From Dehalococcoidia bacterium (GTDB lineage: Bacteria; Chloroflexota; Dehalococcoidia; Plut-88900), in NCBI GenBank assembly GCA_965249275.1, contig CBDFLQ010000005.1, forward strand, positions 64,001 through 128,000: 64,000 nucleotides of DNA. The letters are read 5' to 3'. A model generated the notes under the pieces. The model did not search any database. It saw nothing but the letters and a program-made list of their open reading frames with translations, and was not told where the DNA came from. Both the position numbers and the translations under genes were made by a program. Of this stretch, positions 30,395 through 39,762 are shown in pieces; the stretch's first letter is position 1; each line of letters begins with the position of its first letter.

Positions 30395-32122
30395 CTACGG
30401 TGTGAAAACGTCCCCTGGAAGGTTCTCCCGGAGATTCCCCCACCACCCGCGGTCCACTCCGTAATGGACCACGTATCCCGCTTCCTCATCCTCCCCGATC
30501 CTTCCGGCCATGCGAACGCGCTCGCCTACGAAAACCCCCTCAAAGACTTCCTCCGGTCCACGGACCAGCACCCACTGCAGGTAATCTCCCCGGTCCATCT
30601 CTACCACCAGCTCGCCGACGTCCTGCGACACCACCTCCCCGTCAACGCTCACGCACTCATCCAGGATCACGTCAAGCAGCACAAGTAACGACCCGGGTGG
30701 CGGGATAGTCGGAGAGTTCTCCGGACACGGTTCGACAGCCGGTGAGACCAGGTTGTAGCCGACCACGGCCGCCGCGACCAGCACCCCCACGCCGAGCAGC
30801 CGGAACACCCACTTGCAGCACCTGCCGCACCCCCCTCCGCCCTTCGGCGGCTCCTCTACCTGCCCCGCAACCCGGAACTTCCGATAGTCCAGCGGCGAAC
30901 TCGATGGATCTGTCATTGTTTCCCCTCGCGCCTCCGTCTCAGGCGTGATGCCCTCAGTTAGTGGTCTCTCATACACCGTTCCCCCACCGACCTCGCTGTT
31001 CGCCGTCCTTTCAGCCTCCTCGATGTACCGCATCAGTTCCTGTTCTGCCTCGCTGCCTGGCCCCGCAGCCGCTTCTACCGCGCTTGCCGACCGTCCAGCG
31101 AGACCCCACGCCGGTGCGGACATAAAGCCGTGATAGGCTGCGCCCAGGTCGTGAGCCCCCAGGGAGGCTGCCTCACCTGAGCCGAACCATGATGGAGCCG
31201 GCGCCGAGACGTCCAGCCAGGGCTTAGCTGCATCCAGTGCGACTGCATAGGCCAACATGGAGTCGGACTCGTCCCGGCCTTGCTCCTGGTCGGGTCCGGG
31301 CAGGGATTCTTTCAAACCAAGCCACTGACCTATCTCATATGCCCCAGCGTCCGTTGGCTGCAGCTTACCCACGTTCGTCGGCGTCGCAACCAACAAATAT
31401 ATGAAGCCGATCGCCGCGCCGACCAGGGAGTTCGCCCACCATTGGGACAGCCATAAAGCCGTCCAAAACCCGCCGCCAACGCCGATCAAAATCCCGGCCA
31501 ATGCTTCCAGTTCGAATCCATCACTCCCATGTTTCCTCATTACCCGCATCGCGTTGTCATCGAAGAAGCCTCGGTCCTGGAGGTACTTCCCCAACTGGTC
31601 GCCGATGACATCCTCCCGCTCGTTTATCACGTCATGCAGCTCTTGAATCGTTGTGGGGCGCGCTGGCAATCTGTTGCATATCAACTGCTCCCAGTCAAAC
31701 TGCGCGGACCCCTTCTTCGACAGCCGGTACCGGTAGCTGCTACCTGTTCCGACGCACTCCAATTGCAGCGTGCCGCGCTGGCACATCTCGACTATCGCCG
31801 CCAGCAGCGTTCGGTCGCTGACCGTCCGGCCTTCCAGCACCGATACTGCCGCCGCCGACAGTTCGCTCGGCTGCTTGGTTACCGGCTCCGATGAGCCCGG
31901 ATACTTGATCTCCTTCCAGGACCGGTACTTGCGCCACAGCAACAGTGAGAACAGCACCCCGACGCCCACGCCAATCGTCCGGAAGCCCCAGGCCGTCAGC
32001 TGCTTCCAGTCCATATCCCGGAAATCGGGGAATCCACTCTCGGCGATAGCCCCGCCAGGGTCCAGCACGAACAACAGACCAATGGCAGCAAGGGCCACCA
32101 GCGTTGCAATCACTCCCACCAT
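30395..32122 (-). CDS. Membrane protein, DUF2207-like
   Basis: TM segments; LAAIVEMCQRG and MLAYAVAL motifs. Confidence 0.6.
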   Translation of the reverse strand: MVGVIATLVALAAIGLLFVLDPGGAIAESGFPDFRDMDWKQLTAWGFRTIGVGVGVLFSLLLWRKYRSWKEIKYPGSSEPVTKQPSELSAAAVSVLEGRTVSDRTLLAAIVEMCQRGTLQLECVGTGSSYRYRLSKKGSAQFDWEQLICNRLPARPTTIQELHDVINEREDVIGDQLGKYLQDRGFFDDNAMRVMRKHGSDGFELEALAGILIGVGGGFWTALWLSQWWANSLVGAAIGFIYLLVATPTNVGKLQPTDAGAYEIGQWLGLKESLPGPDQEQGRDESDSMLAYAVALDAAKPWLDVSAPAPSWFGSGEAASLGAHDLGAAYHGFMSAPAWGLAGRSASAVEAAAGPGSEAEQELMRYIEEAERTANSEVGGGTVYERPLTEGITPETEARGETMTDPSSSPLDYRKFRVAGQVEEPPKGGGGCGRCCKWVFRLLGVGVLVAAAVVGYNLVSPAVEPCPENSPTIPPPGSLLVLLDVILDECVSVDGEVVSQDVGELVVEMDRGDYLQWVLVRGPEEVFEGVFVGERVRMAGRIGEDEEAGYVVHYGVDRGWWGNLRENLPGDVFTP

Positions 32123-32196
32123 GGGTCACCCTCCATCCCGGGTTGTTCCACTTGCGCTCGATAGTACAGGGAATCCCCCACCCCCCCACCCCCACT

Positions 32197-32225
32197 GTGT
32201 CATCCCGAGGCCCCGCGAGGGATCT
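32197..32225. repeat. REP-like element family B (GTCATCCCGAGGCCCCGCGAGGGATCT)
   Basis: Identical copy at ~50236-50262; degenerate copy at ~506-530. Confidence 0.7.
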
Positions 32226-32240
32226 GGGGCTGGGTCCCCC

Positions 32241-33470
32241 CTACCCGATAACCGACACATTCCTCCCCAACCTGGATAGCACCTCGAGGCCGCTGTCGGT
32301 CATCAGGATCGTCTCGATGAAGCCGCCGCCCGTGCCACCCTTCCAGCCAGGGTCGGAATCGAGAACCGTGAACAGGTTTTCGTAGTTCGTGATCATTCCC
32401 GGATCGTAGCTCGCAGTCTCGAAACCCGTGTCCGGGTCGATAAACGTGTGCCCGACCCAATCGGGAGGTATCGCAATCCCCATGTTGTAGCCGCTCACGT
32501 AGGCAACGTAGGGCCGCAGCCCCATCGAGTCCATGTACTCGTCCATGGCTTTCTGAGCCACCCCCGTGGGGTCGCCCGGTCTGACTTTCGAAATCACGTG
32601 ATCGACGCTCCCGCAGGTCTTGTCCATCAGCTCTCGCCACTTCGGAGAGGGCTCGCCCAGCGAGAATAGCCGACCCAGGTCGGCGTGGTACCGATGATAC
32701 GACCCGCAGTGGTTGATCCAGACCAGGTCGCCCTGCTGCAGCTTCCGATGGCTCGGCGCCGAGTGTCGAGCCCCAAACCGCGGCCCTGATCTCACCGCAG
32801 CGCGGATGGCCGGGTCTCCCCCACCCTCTTTCATCATTGCGTGGAGCGCCACCCCGGCCAGCTCGGTTTCCATCACGCCGGGGCGTATGGAACTGCGGAC
32901 CGTCTCCATGGCCTTGTCCGCTATGGACGCCGCCTTCCTCATCACCTCTATCTCCGGCGCGGACTTGATCAACCTGACCCGGTCCACGACCCACGAGCCC
33001 TCCACAACCTTTGCGCCGGCATCAGCAAAGCCCTGCTTTATTTCGTTGATTACGACCCCGTTCGGCGCCCGGCTCCAGTTCTCGACACCCACGTTGCCCT
33101 TCAGCCAGCCGCGCCCCTTTAGAGAGCCCACTATATGCTCGGCGGGCGATTGCCCATCCCCGAAGTACTCGGCATCGTCGACCACGGCGTGCCACTCGAC
33201 GGTCGGCTGATGGTAGGGAACTTCGAAGAAAACGGTCTGCCCGGAATCGGCGTGGACGGCTACGCTGACGGGACTGGTCAGGTAGTACCAGATCATGTCG
33301 TAGCCCGTCAGGTAAGTGATGTTGGGTGGAGACGACACGAGTAGAACGTCGATCCCCCGGCGCCCCATCTCCCGACGCACCTTCTCCACCCGTTCCCTGT
33401 ACTCCCCGACAGGAAAAGCCGGCCCCCACCCCTCCCCCTCCGCCAACGCTCGACCATCAATCATCGCCAA
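32241..33470 (-). CDS. M24 (Xaa-Pro peptidase/creatinase) family protein
   Basis: Creatinase-N domain (NITYLTGY), RLIKS..EI, YHADLGR. Confidence 0.88.
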   Translation of the reverse strand: MAMIDGRALAEGEGWGPAFPVGEYRERVEKVRREMGRRGIDVLLVSSPPNITYLTGYDMIWYYLTSPVSVAVHADSGQTVFFEVPYHQPTVEWHAVVDDAEYFGDGQSPAEHIVGSLKGRGWLKGNVGVENWSRAPNGVVINEIKQGFADAGAKVVEGSWVVDRVRLIKSAPEIEVMRKAASIADKAMETVRSSIRPGVMETELAGVALHAMMKEGGGDPAIRAAVRSGPRFGARHSAPSHRKLQQGDLVWINHCGSYHRYHADLGRLFSLGEPSPKWRELMDKTCGSVDHVISKVRPGDPTGVAQKAMDEYMDSMGLRPYVAYVSGYNMGIAIPPDWVGHTFIDPDTGFETASYDPGMITNYENLFTVLDSDPGWKGGTGGGFIETILMTDSGLEVLSRLGRNVSVIG

Positions 33471-33591
33471 AGTCCTCCTCGCAAGGGATTCCCAGCTCGA
33501 CTCAACCCCGACTCTAGCCTAGGGTTCAGTCTGTGGCAAGGTTCGTCCAGGCGAGAGAAAGACCCCTCTTGCGCTAATGACCGGGGAGGTA

Positions 33592-33620
33592 TCCGCTCAT
33601 CCTGAGCAGGGTCGAAGGGT
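33592..33620. repeat. REP-like element family C (CCGCTCAYCCTGAGCRGRGTCGAAGGG)
   Basis: Copies at ~3765-3792, ~50304-50330 and ~53208-53235. Confidence 0.75.
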
Positions 33621-33805
33621 CGAGTGGATACCGGGAGGGGTTCCCGATAATAGACAGGTCACGGAAAGAGACCCCCATAGCGACGGATTTCAACAGGGTC
33701 TCCTGGCTCTAGCCTCGATTGCCCCACCCGACCCCCCTCATCTAGCACGCCGCCTACTTCACCGTCTACCTCGGGCGTGACTGGCCGATAGGCAGTGTTC
33801 CCCGG

Positions 33806-34231
33806 CTACCACACAGCCTTGAGTGCCTGCCCGACCCTAAGCCCGACCGCCACTGCGGTCAGCCCAATCGCCACCTGGAGTAACACGTTAGCTGAACCGG
33901 CGAAGTAGGCGTGGTCTCTGAACAACCTGATCGTATCGATACCGAACGCCGAGAACGTCGTAAACCCCCCGAGCACGCCTATGATCAGGAATGCCTGGAC
34001 CTCGGGGCTCAGCGGCTTATGCGCCTCTGCGAACCCCGTAATCAGGCCGATCAGGAAACAGCCCACTGCGTTCACAGCCAGGGTCCCATAGGGAAACCCG
34101 GACCCGCCCAGCCCCCCATTCACCCACACCACCACCAGGTAGCGCGCCATCGCCCCCACCACGCCCCCCGCCCCGACCCAAAGAATCAGCAAGACCCGCC
34201 TATCCCCACTTCCATAACGTTCCGCCCCCAA
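33806..34231 (-). CDS. crcB: Fluoride efflux channel FluC/CrcB
   Basis: GG..GA.ARY, FPYGTLAVN..GCFLIG, GGFTTFS. Confidence 0.93.
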   Translation of the reverse strand: MGAERYGSGDRRVLLILWVGAGGVVGAMARYLVVVWVNGGLGGSGFPYGTLAVNAVGCFLIGLITGFAEAHKPLSPEVQAFLIIGVLGGFTTFSAFGIDTIRLFRDHAYFAGSANVLLQVAIGLTAVAVGLRVGQALKAVW

Positions 34232-34475
34232 GCCAGCTTATAGAAGCGCTTAGCGGCTGTCGCCGCGCTACTCATTACCATTCACTCCTACTCTAGCTTG
34301 GATCAAACTACCCGCCTACCTGATCACTCTTTGCGGGAATATTCTTCGACGAAAACCCCAGTCTAGGCATGGTTGTCCCCCACTCACGGGCAATTGTGAT
34401 GCGTTTCCCTGGGGCTGACGATTCGCCGGATTGGGTGCGTCGATGTGGCACTTGTCCCGGTTTGCGAGGAAAGAC

Positions 34476-34868
34476 CTACACTATGGAATCTCTGTCCAGA
34501 AGACTCTCAGCCTTTGCGCGATCATCGGGGAGAATTGCGACTGTAGTGTAGTCGCCGCGCCGCTCGACTATATGCAGGCTCTGAATGTTCACGCCGCCCT
34601 GCTTGAGCTTCTCCGCCACCTTCGCCAAAGCACCCGGCTCATCCCGCAAGCTGACTATCAGTGAGTTGTCCGTGACCGTCTTGAAGCCCGCGTCGGTGAG
34701 CGCTCGCAGCGCCTCATCGTAGTCGTCGGTGGTCAGCGAGATGGCGCCCTTGTCGCCCGTGGCCTCAGCGCTAATGGTCCTTATGTTGATACTGCTGTCT
34801 GCCAAGACCCGGGTGATGTCGGCCATTACGCCCACTTCGTTCTTCGCCATGACTATGATTCTCGGCAT
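34476..34868 (-). CDS. ACT-domain protein
   Basis: Two ACT repeats (NEVGVMADIT; DEPGALAKVAEKL...NI). Confidence 0.88.
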   Translation of the reverse strand: MPRIIVMAKNEVGVMADITRVLADSSINIRTISAEATGDKGAISLTTDDYDEALRALTDAGFKTVTDNSLIVSLRDEPGALAKVAEKLKQGGVNIQSLHIVERRGDYTTVAILPDDRAKAESLLDRDSIV

Positions 34869-34882
34869 AACGGTGCGTTCCT

Positions 34883-36010
34883 CTATCTTTTATCTTTTTC
34901 TTGTTCTTTCTGCTTCAGGTAATCGTCCACGACTGCATCTATAGTCTCGCGCGTTACGTGGGGCATGGTCAGCATGTGAGCGATGTCCTCGTACGGGGCA
35001 AGCTGCCATTTGAGGATGACCTCCGCGGACGGCTTCGGGAACACAACGGTGACCGAGTTCCTGTTTCGCCACGCGGGTATGCCGCTGTCCGTGAAGCGAC
35101 TGACCGCGTACTCGGCATTATCCAGGCATCCGGCTACAATCCGCTTGTAGCCGTCCAGCCCGTGGCGCTCGAAGGCGTACCACATCATGAGCGGGGTAAT
35201 GGCGCTGCGGGAGCCCGTGAGAGTAGTGTCCAGAACGCCCACGTACTCGATGGAGCGGGCGATGCGCGCCACGTACTCCCGTTTGGTGAGAGCGATGCCG
35301 CAGGGCAGCGGTGAGCCAATCATCTTGTGTCCGCTTATGGACACGCTGTCGAAGCCGACGTCGAAGCCGTAAGGCTGTGGCTCCTCCACGAAGGGCAGGA
35401 TCATTCCGCTCAGGGCGGCGTCCGCGTGGATGTAGGAGTTGGTCACCGCCAGGTCCTTGAGTATCGCCTGCACCTTGGTCACGTCATCCACAGCGCCCTT
35501 CATGGTGGTGCCAATGTTCGCCATGAATATGACCGGCGAGTCCCGGTTGATGCGTATGGTCTCGTATAGGTCGTCGTAGTCTATCTCGCCGTTGTCCTGG
35601 CTCCTTATCATGATGTTGCGAGCCTTGAGCAGGCGCATGATCTTCACCACGCTGTAGTGGGTGTCCTGGGAGAAGTACACCACGCCGTCAGGGAATATCT
35701 CGCGCCCCAGGTACAGGCCGTACATATTGCCCTCGGTGCCGCCCGAGGTGACGTAGCCCCAGGCCTGGTCCCGAGACAGGTGCATCATGTCGGCGAACGT
35801 GTTGATTACCTCGTACTCCAACTCGTGAGTGTTGCTGCCGAAGCCGCTGCCGTGGAACGGGTCTCCGACGTTGTTGGCGCTGTACTGCAGGAAGGGCAAC
35901 AGCTCCGAGTAATCGAAGTCCTGATTGCACGGGTAGCCGACCTGCTGGGCGCTCAACTCCTCAAATTCCTTCAGCAAAGCGTCGAGGCGTTTCTGGGTTT
36001 GCGTTCTCAT
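34883..36010 (-). CDS. PLP-dependent group II decarboxylase (histidine/serine decarboxylase-like)
   Basis: GYP.N..FDY, NNVGDPF, GGTEGN, HADAA, SGHK (PLP lysine). Confidence 0.88.
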   Translation of the reverse strand: MRTQTQKRLDALLKEFEELSAQQVGYPCNQDFDYSELLPFLQYSANNVGDPFHGSGFGSNTHELEYEVINTFADMMHLSRDQAWGYVTSGGTEGNMYGLYLGREIFPDGVVYFSQDTHYSVVKIMRLLKARNIMIRSQDNGEIDYDDLYETIRINRDSPVIFMANIGTTMKGAVDDVTKVQAILKDLAVTNSYIHADAALSGMILPFVEEPQPYGFDVGFDSVSISGHKMIGSPLPCGIALTKREYVARIARSIEYVGVLDTTLTGSRSAITPLMMWYAFERHGLDGYKRIVAGCLDNAEYAVSRFTDSGIPAWRNRNSVTVVFPKPSAEVILKWQLAPYEDIAHMLTMPHVTRETIDAVVDDYLKQKEQEKDKR

Positions 36011-36067
36011 CCTATTTCTTCGACCAATATTGATTCCCGTATCCTCAGGCCCCCGTTTCCAATGTAG

Positions 36068-36230
36068 CCCCCCGCCCCGACCCAAAGAATCAGCAAGACC
36101 CGCCTATCCCCACTTCCATAACGTTCCGCCCCACCCCAACCCCTCCACCTCCACCAAAGCTCGACCATCAACCATCACCAAAGTCCTCCTAGAAAGGGAT
36201 TTCTACCTCGACTCTAGCCGAAGGGTTGGG
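36068..36230 (-). pseudogene. Chimeric duplicate of the crcB 5' segment and the M24 gene upstream region/start
   Basis: 36068-36132 matches ~34165-34229; ~36133-36225 matches ~33424-33525 with substitutions. Confidence 0.8.
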
Positions 36231-36240
36231 GCCGTGTGCA

Positions 36241-37989
36241 TCACTGCCCAGGTTTAGGCCAGCGGAGAATAGCCTGCTCAGCAAGGCTATTTGTCCTCTC
36301 AATAATCTGCGTTGGTCCCCATGTCGCATACTGTTCGAGGACTTCCCTGGTAGTCCTATATATCGTCTCGTTCCGGAGACGATCACGAGCCTCGTCCCAG
36401 TCGGTAGTGCCTTTTGTCGAATTATCAGACTGGCTAAGCGGCACTAGATTCCCGAGCAAGCCGAGGAGCTTCTGTCGTTCCTCATCGTCGTTGGGAAAAT
36501 CCTTGGCCCAGTTTCCCTTGAGCGATTGTGGGGCTAGATGATCAACTGTAATGGCGTCGAGTTGCTCGCGCGTTATTGGATTCTTGTGGTGAGCAGCAAT
36601 CTCGAGCTCTGCCAACACATATCCATCGAGCCGGCGTCCGTAGAACGGTTTGCTAGAGATGTCACGTCGAAGCTGATCATCGTCTGGGAAGTCTATGGTC
36701 TGCGTCTGGAGGTGAGCCACAAGTGACGAAGGGTTGCCACCGTTCTTTCTCCATAGACCCTTGAACACCGCGTGGAGTCCGGTCGGCTCTCGACCTGAGA
36801 ATGCCCTTCTCACCAAGAAAGACTCTACAATGCGTAGGCATTCAACAATGGCAGTTGAGGTGAGCTTCTCAAAACGTTGTGCTCTGAGCAACTGGATCAG
36901 GAATGCATAGGTTACGCGAGGTACTGGCATGCGTGCAAAACGCCTAACCCATTCTGTGATCTCAAGTGTGGCCGAGTAGTCATCTCCAGATGATAGGGCT
37001 TTGTACTCTGGCACAAATCTATTGAGGTCCTCGATGATGAGTTCTGCGGTTGTAGCTGAGTCATCGTCATCTCGAATCTTCTCGTCCCAATGCTGACTCA
37101 GTGCACGGAAGGCCCCAGCCGCTGTAGCGTTGTCATCTACTGTAAGTGTGAACGGATAGTAATAATTGTCGAGTTGTTTCCTATCATCGAACGATTCTTC
37201 AAAGGGCTCCCAGTGGTCACTAAACAATTTGATTGCAGTGGTCGGCTCTGCTGCGAGTCGCCGGAATACCTCGTTCTTCACAAGATCGCCAACCGTCAAG
37301 GCTTGGCCTTTTCGGTTCAATCGGTCGAATACCTCGTTAGGCTGATGTCGCTCAGCAATATTGATGGCTGCTATCTCCACCTTGTCGACTACAGTCCTTG
37401 CTAAGGCCTTAAGTGACTCCCCGTCGAATCCTTCCTCGCCCAAGCACCGCGCGCGCACTTCTGTTTGTGCTCGTTCAAGTGCTGCGGACATCCTTCCCGG
37501 TCTGAACCTCCCACCGTGTGGCAAGTCCCAGTCACTCTTCAACTTACGACATAGCGACACAAACTCCGGCGTGTCCGGGATCGTTGGAAGAAAGCGGGGT
37601 TTGCCCCTGGTTGTTGTTTTAGTGGACTTCAGGAATGTCTCTGCGATCGCTGTAGCTTCATATTGATGCCCGTGCTCCTGCCACTCGAGCGCGATGCCGA
37701 GGAGTGTAAGGAACAAGGTTGCGATCCGCTGCTGTCCGTCCAGCACCAAGAATCTTTCAAGAGACCCCGCGCTAGGGTCACTAGGACCCTCGTGCTTCAA
37801 GATGATGGCTCCCAAGAAGAGTGCCTCTGATTGTCCCTCCTCGACTAGTTTGATGTCTTCCCAAAACTCGTCAAGATTCTTACGATCCCACGTGAATCGC
37901 CGTTGGTAGAGGGGAGCGGATAGCAGTCGTTCAACCTCGAAAACGTAACGCACACTAATGCAACTATCTTGTTGTCTTGCCAGGGTCAC
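36241..37989 (-). CDS. GmrSD-type (DUF262 + DUF1524) modification-dependent restriction endonuclease
   Basis: P.YQR...W, LDGQQR, F..LN..G..L, C-terminal DHLAPQ...LGNLVPL...N. Confidence 0.9.
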   Translation of the reverse strand: MTLARQQDSCISVRYVFEVERLLSAPLYQRRFTWDRKNLDEFWEDIKLVEEGQSEALFLGAIILKHEGPSDPSAGSLERFLVLDGQQRIATLFLTLLGIALEWQEHGHQYEATAIAETFLKSTKTTTRGKPRFLPTIPDTPEFVSLCRKLKSDWDLPHGGRFRPGRMSAALERAQTEVRARCLGEEGFDGESLKALARTVVDKVEIAAINIAERHQPNEVFDRLNRKGQALTVGDLVKNEVFRRLAAEPTTAIKLFSDHWEPFEESFDDRKQLDNYYYPFTLTVDDNATAAGAFRALSQHWDEKIRDDDDSATTAELIIEDLNRFVPEYKALSSGDDYSATLEITEWVRRFARMPVPRVTYAFLIQLLRAQRFEKLTSTAIVECLRIVESFLVRRAFSGREPTGLHAVFKGLWRKNGGNPSSLVAHLQTQTIDFPDDDQLRRDISSKPFYGRRLDGYVLAELEIAAHHKNPITREQLDAITVDHLAPQSLKGNWAKDFPNDDEERQKLLGLLGNLVPLSQSDNSTKGTTDWDEARDRLRNETIYRTTREVLEQYATWGPTQIIERTNSLAEQAILRWPKPGQ

Positions 37990-38133
37990 GTGCGAACTCC
38001 TATTTTTGGATAATTTCTATTTTCAGGATGTACAGTGCCCGCATCTAATCGGGTTCTGACTGCGAGTCTAACATCACCGTAGCACCCCTATACCGATATG
38101 AGATTCTCAACAGTGCGAGGCCGAGCCTGAATA

Positions 38134-38454
38134 CTACCGGTCAAGCGCCTTCCGGGCACCGTCAACCTGACCCCTTAGGTGCTTGGCCGCGTCGTAAAGG
38201 AAGTCGGCATACTTGTCGGCATCGTCAGCCATATCTTTCCTTTTGGTTTCACTTGATTCTGTGGCCAGCTTCCTGAGCCGATTAGTCAGCTTTACCTTAG
38301 CACCTCGCCAGCTAGAGACAGTAAGATAGCTCCGTGCCTCGTTCCAGCCAATCCCTAGTTCTTTGCTGATTTTCGTGATGATCATACCCCCCAACGCCAT
38401 CTTATTCACCTTTTCCCTCAAATCCTCTTTGTCATTTGTTGGATGTGCCATCAT
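38134..38454 (-). CDS. Hypothetical protein (possible HTH)
   Basis: AAGGAGG RBS; ITKISKELGIGW. Confidence 0.6.
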   Translation of the reverse strand: MMAHPTNDKEDLREKVNKMALGGMIITKISKELGIGWNEARSYLTVSSWRGAKVKLTNRLRKLATESSETKRKDMADDADKYADFLYDAAKHLRGQVDGARKALDR

Positions 38455-38488
38455 GCCTCCTTACACGTTAAGCTCAAAGTGTGATACG

Positions 38489-38565
38489 TGGTGGGCGATA
38501 CTGGACTCGAACCAGTGACCTCTTGCTTGTAAGGCAAGCGCTCTCACCAACTGAGCTAATCGCCC
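38489..38565 (-). tRNA. tRNA-Val(TAC)
   Basis: Cloverleaf, anticodon loop CTTACAA, GGTTCGA, encoded CCA. Confidence 0.95.
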
Positions 38566-38580
38566 CATTCCCGGGTGAAA

Positions 38581-38657
38581 TGGTGCGCTTGGCGGGGCTC
38601 GAACCCACGACCTCTGCCTCCGCAGGGCAGCGCTCTATCCAACTGAGCTACAAGCGC
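38581..38657 (-). tRNA. tRNA-Arg(GCG)
   Basis: Anticodon arm CTGCC-CTGCGGA-GGCAG, encoded CCA. Confidence 0.93.
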
Positions 38658-38719
38658 ATCTTCGTCGCAGACTTCATACCGTCCGCTATTTCAACTATCG
38701 ATGCCGACCTTCCAAGCGT

Positions 38720-38806
38720 TGGTGCCGAAGGTGGGATTTGAACCCACACGTCCTCGTGGGACACTGCGCCCTGAACGCAGCGCGTCTGCCGTTCCGCCAC
38801 TTCGGC
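38720..38806 (-). tRNA. tRNA-Leu(CAG)
   Basis: Anticodon loop TTCAGGG, long variable arm, encoded CCA. Confidence 0.95.
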
Positions 38807-38823
38807 CCTTAACCGCACCCTCA

Positions 38824-38900
38824 TGGTGGGCGATACTGGACTCGAACCAGTGACCTCTTGCGTGTGAAGCAAGCGCTCTAACCAACTGAGCTAACCGCCC
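38824..38900 (-). tRNA. tRNA-Val(CAC)
   Basis: Anticodon loop TTCACAC, encoded CCA. Confidence 0.95.
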
Positions 38901-38938
38901 GGCCTGGAGTGCCAAAGGCGCACCTTTAACCAGCCTAA

Positions 38939-38967
38939 ATGTTAAGTCCACCCCTTTGGAGTGTCAA
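38939..38967 (-). promoter_or_regulatory. tRNA operon promoter
   Basis: TTGACA-17-TAACAT on the minus strand upstream of tRNA-Val(CAC). Confidence 0.6.
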
Positions 38968-39117
38968 CCGAGACTCTTTGAGGCAAGTGCAAAACTCCTG
39001 AGGTAGAGAGAATTCCATCTCACGACGGACAAGACAGAGGGTGTACCCGTTGCGACTCACCAGTTGTGGCCTGCTAGATTGTCGCGCCATTTGTGACATG
39101 AGTCGCTGCTATAGGCA

Positions 39118-39378
39118 GCGGTCAATCACTCCATCGAGGAATGGGCCGTCGGAGACGTTCACACCAACAGCATCGAGGGCGTCTGGAGCTTGTTCAAGCG
39201 GAGCATCATCGGGGCGTTTCACCATGTCTCGGAGAAGCATCTGGACCGCTACCTCGAAGAGCTCGAATGGCGGTTCGGAAACCGCGACAACGACCACATC
39301 TTTGTCGATACCCTCCGGCGCATCGTCCGCACCGACCCCCCTGACGTACGAGCGGCTTATCGCTTGACCAGCCTATGA
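39118..39378 (+). pseudogene. IS1595-family transposase C-terminal remnant
   Basis: VNH...VHTNSIEGVWSLFKRSIIGAFHHVSEKHLDRYLEELEWRF; frameshift before LTYERLIA. Confidence 0.85.
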
Positions 39379-39393
39379 GCCGGGTCGGAAGAG

Positions 39394-39657
39394 CTAATGT
39401 CCATTGGGCACCATAGGATCAAAGGGTTCTGCCCCAAATTCCAGGTGTAGTCGGTAAGTTTGGCCCCGCTTTCGGGCGTCCTGTTGAGCCCTCAAGGCTT
39501 CTCTGAACGCCTGTATCCCATCTCCCCATGCGTTCCTACAAACAGGGCACTCGCTCGGCACAGGCTTATCGTTCACTAGCGGGTAAACAACCTCTGACTT
39601 GCAGCACGGATTGATGCACTCAATGCGGATCGCAGTCGCCGAGGTTACCGACGGCAT
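39394..39657 (-). CDS. Small zinc-ribbon-like protein
   Basis: AAGGAGG + ATG 39657; CINPCC and CPVC. Confidence 0.55.
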   Translation of the reverse strand: MPSVTSATAIRIECINPCCKSEVVYPLVNDKPVPSECPVCRNAWGDGIQAFREALRAQQDARKRGQTYRLHLEFGAEPFDPMVPNGH

Positions 39658-39762
39658 TCTCAGCCTCCTTCTTTCGATGTGGCAACTTCCAAGCTGTACT
39701 CTATCCATGCGCTCTATCATGTCTGGAGTATAGCACTCTCCCAAAGAGCGGCTGATTGACTA

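Noticed and set aside
38489-38900. attL/attR duplication of a tRNA-Val 3' end
   Set aside because: Both are complete tRNA genes with different anticodons in one operon
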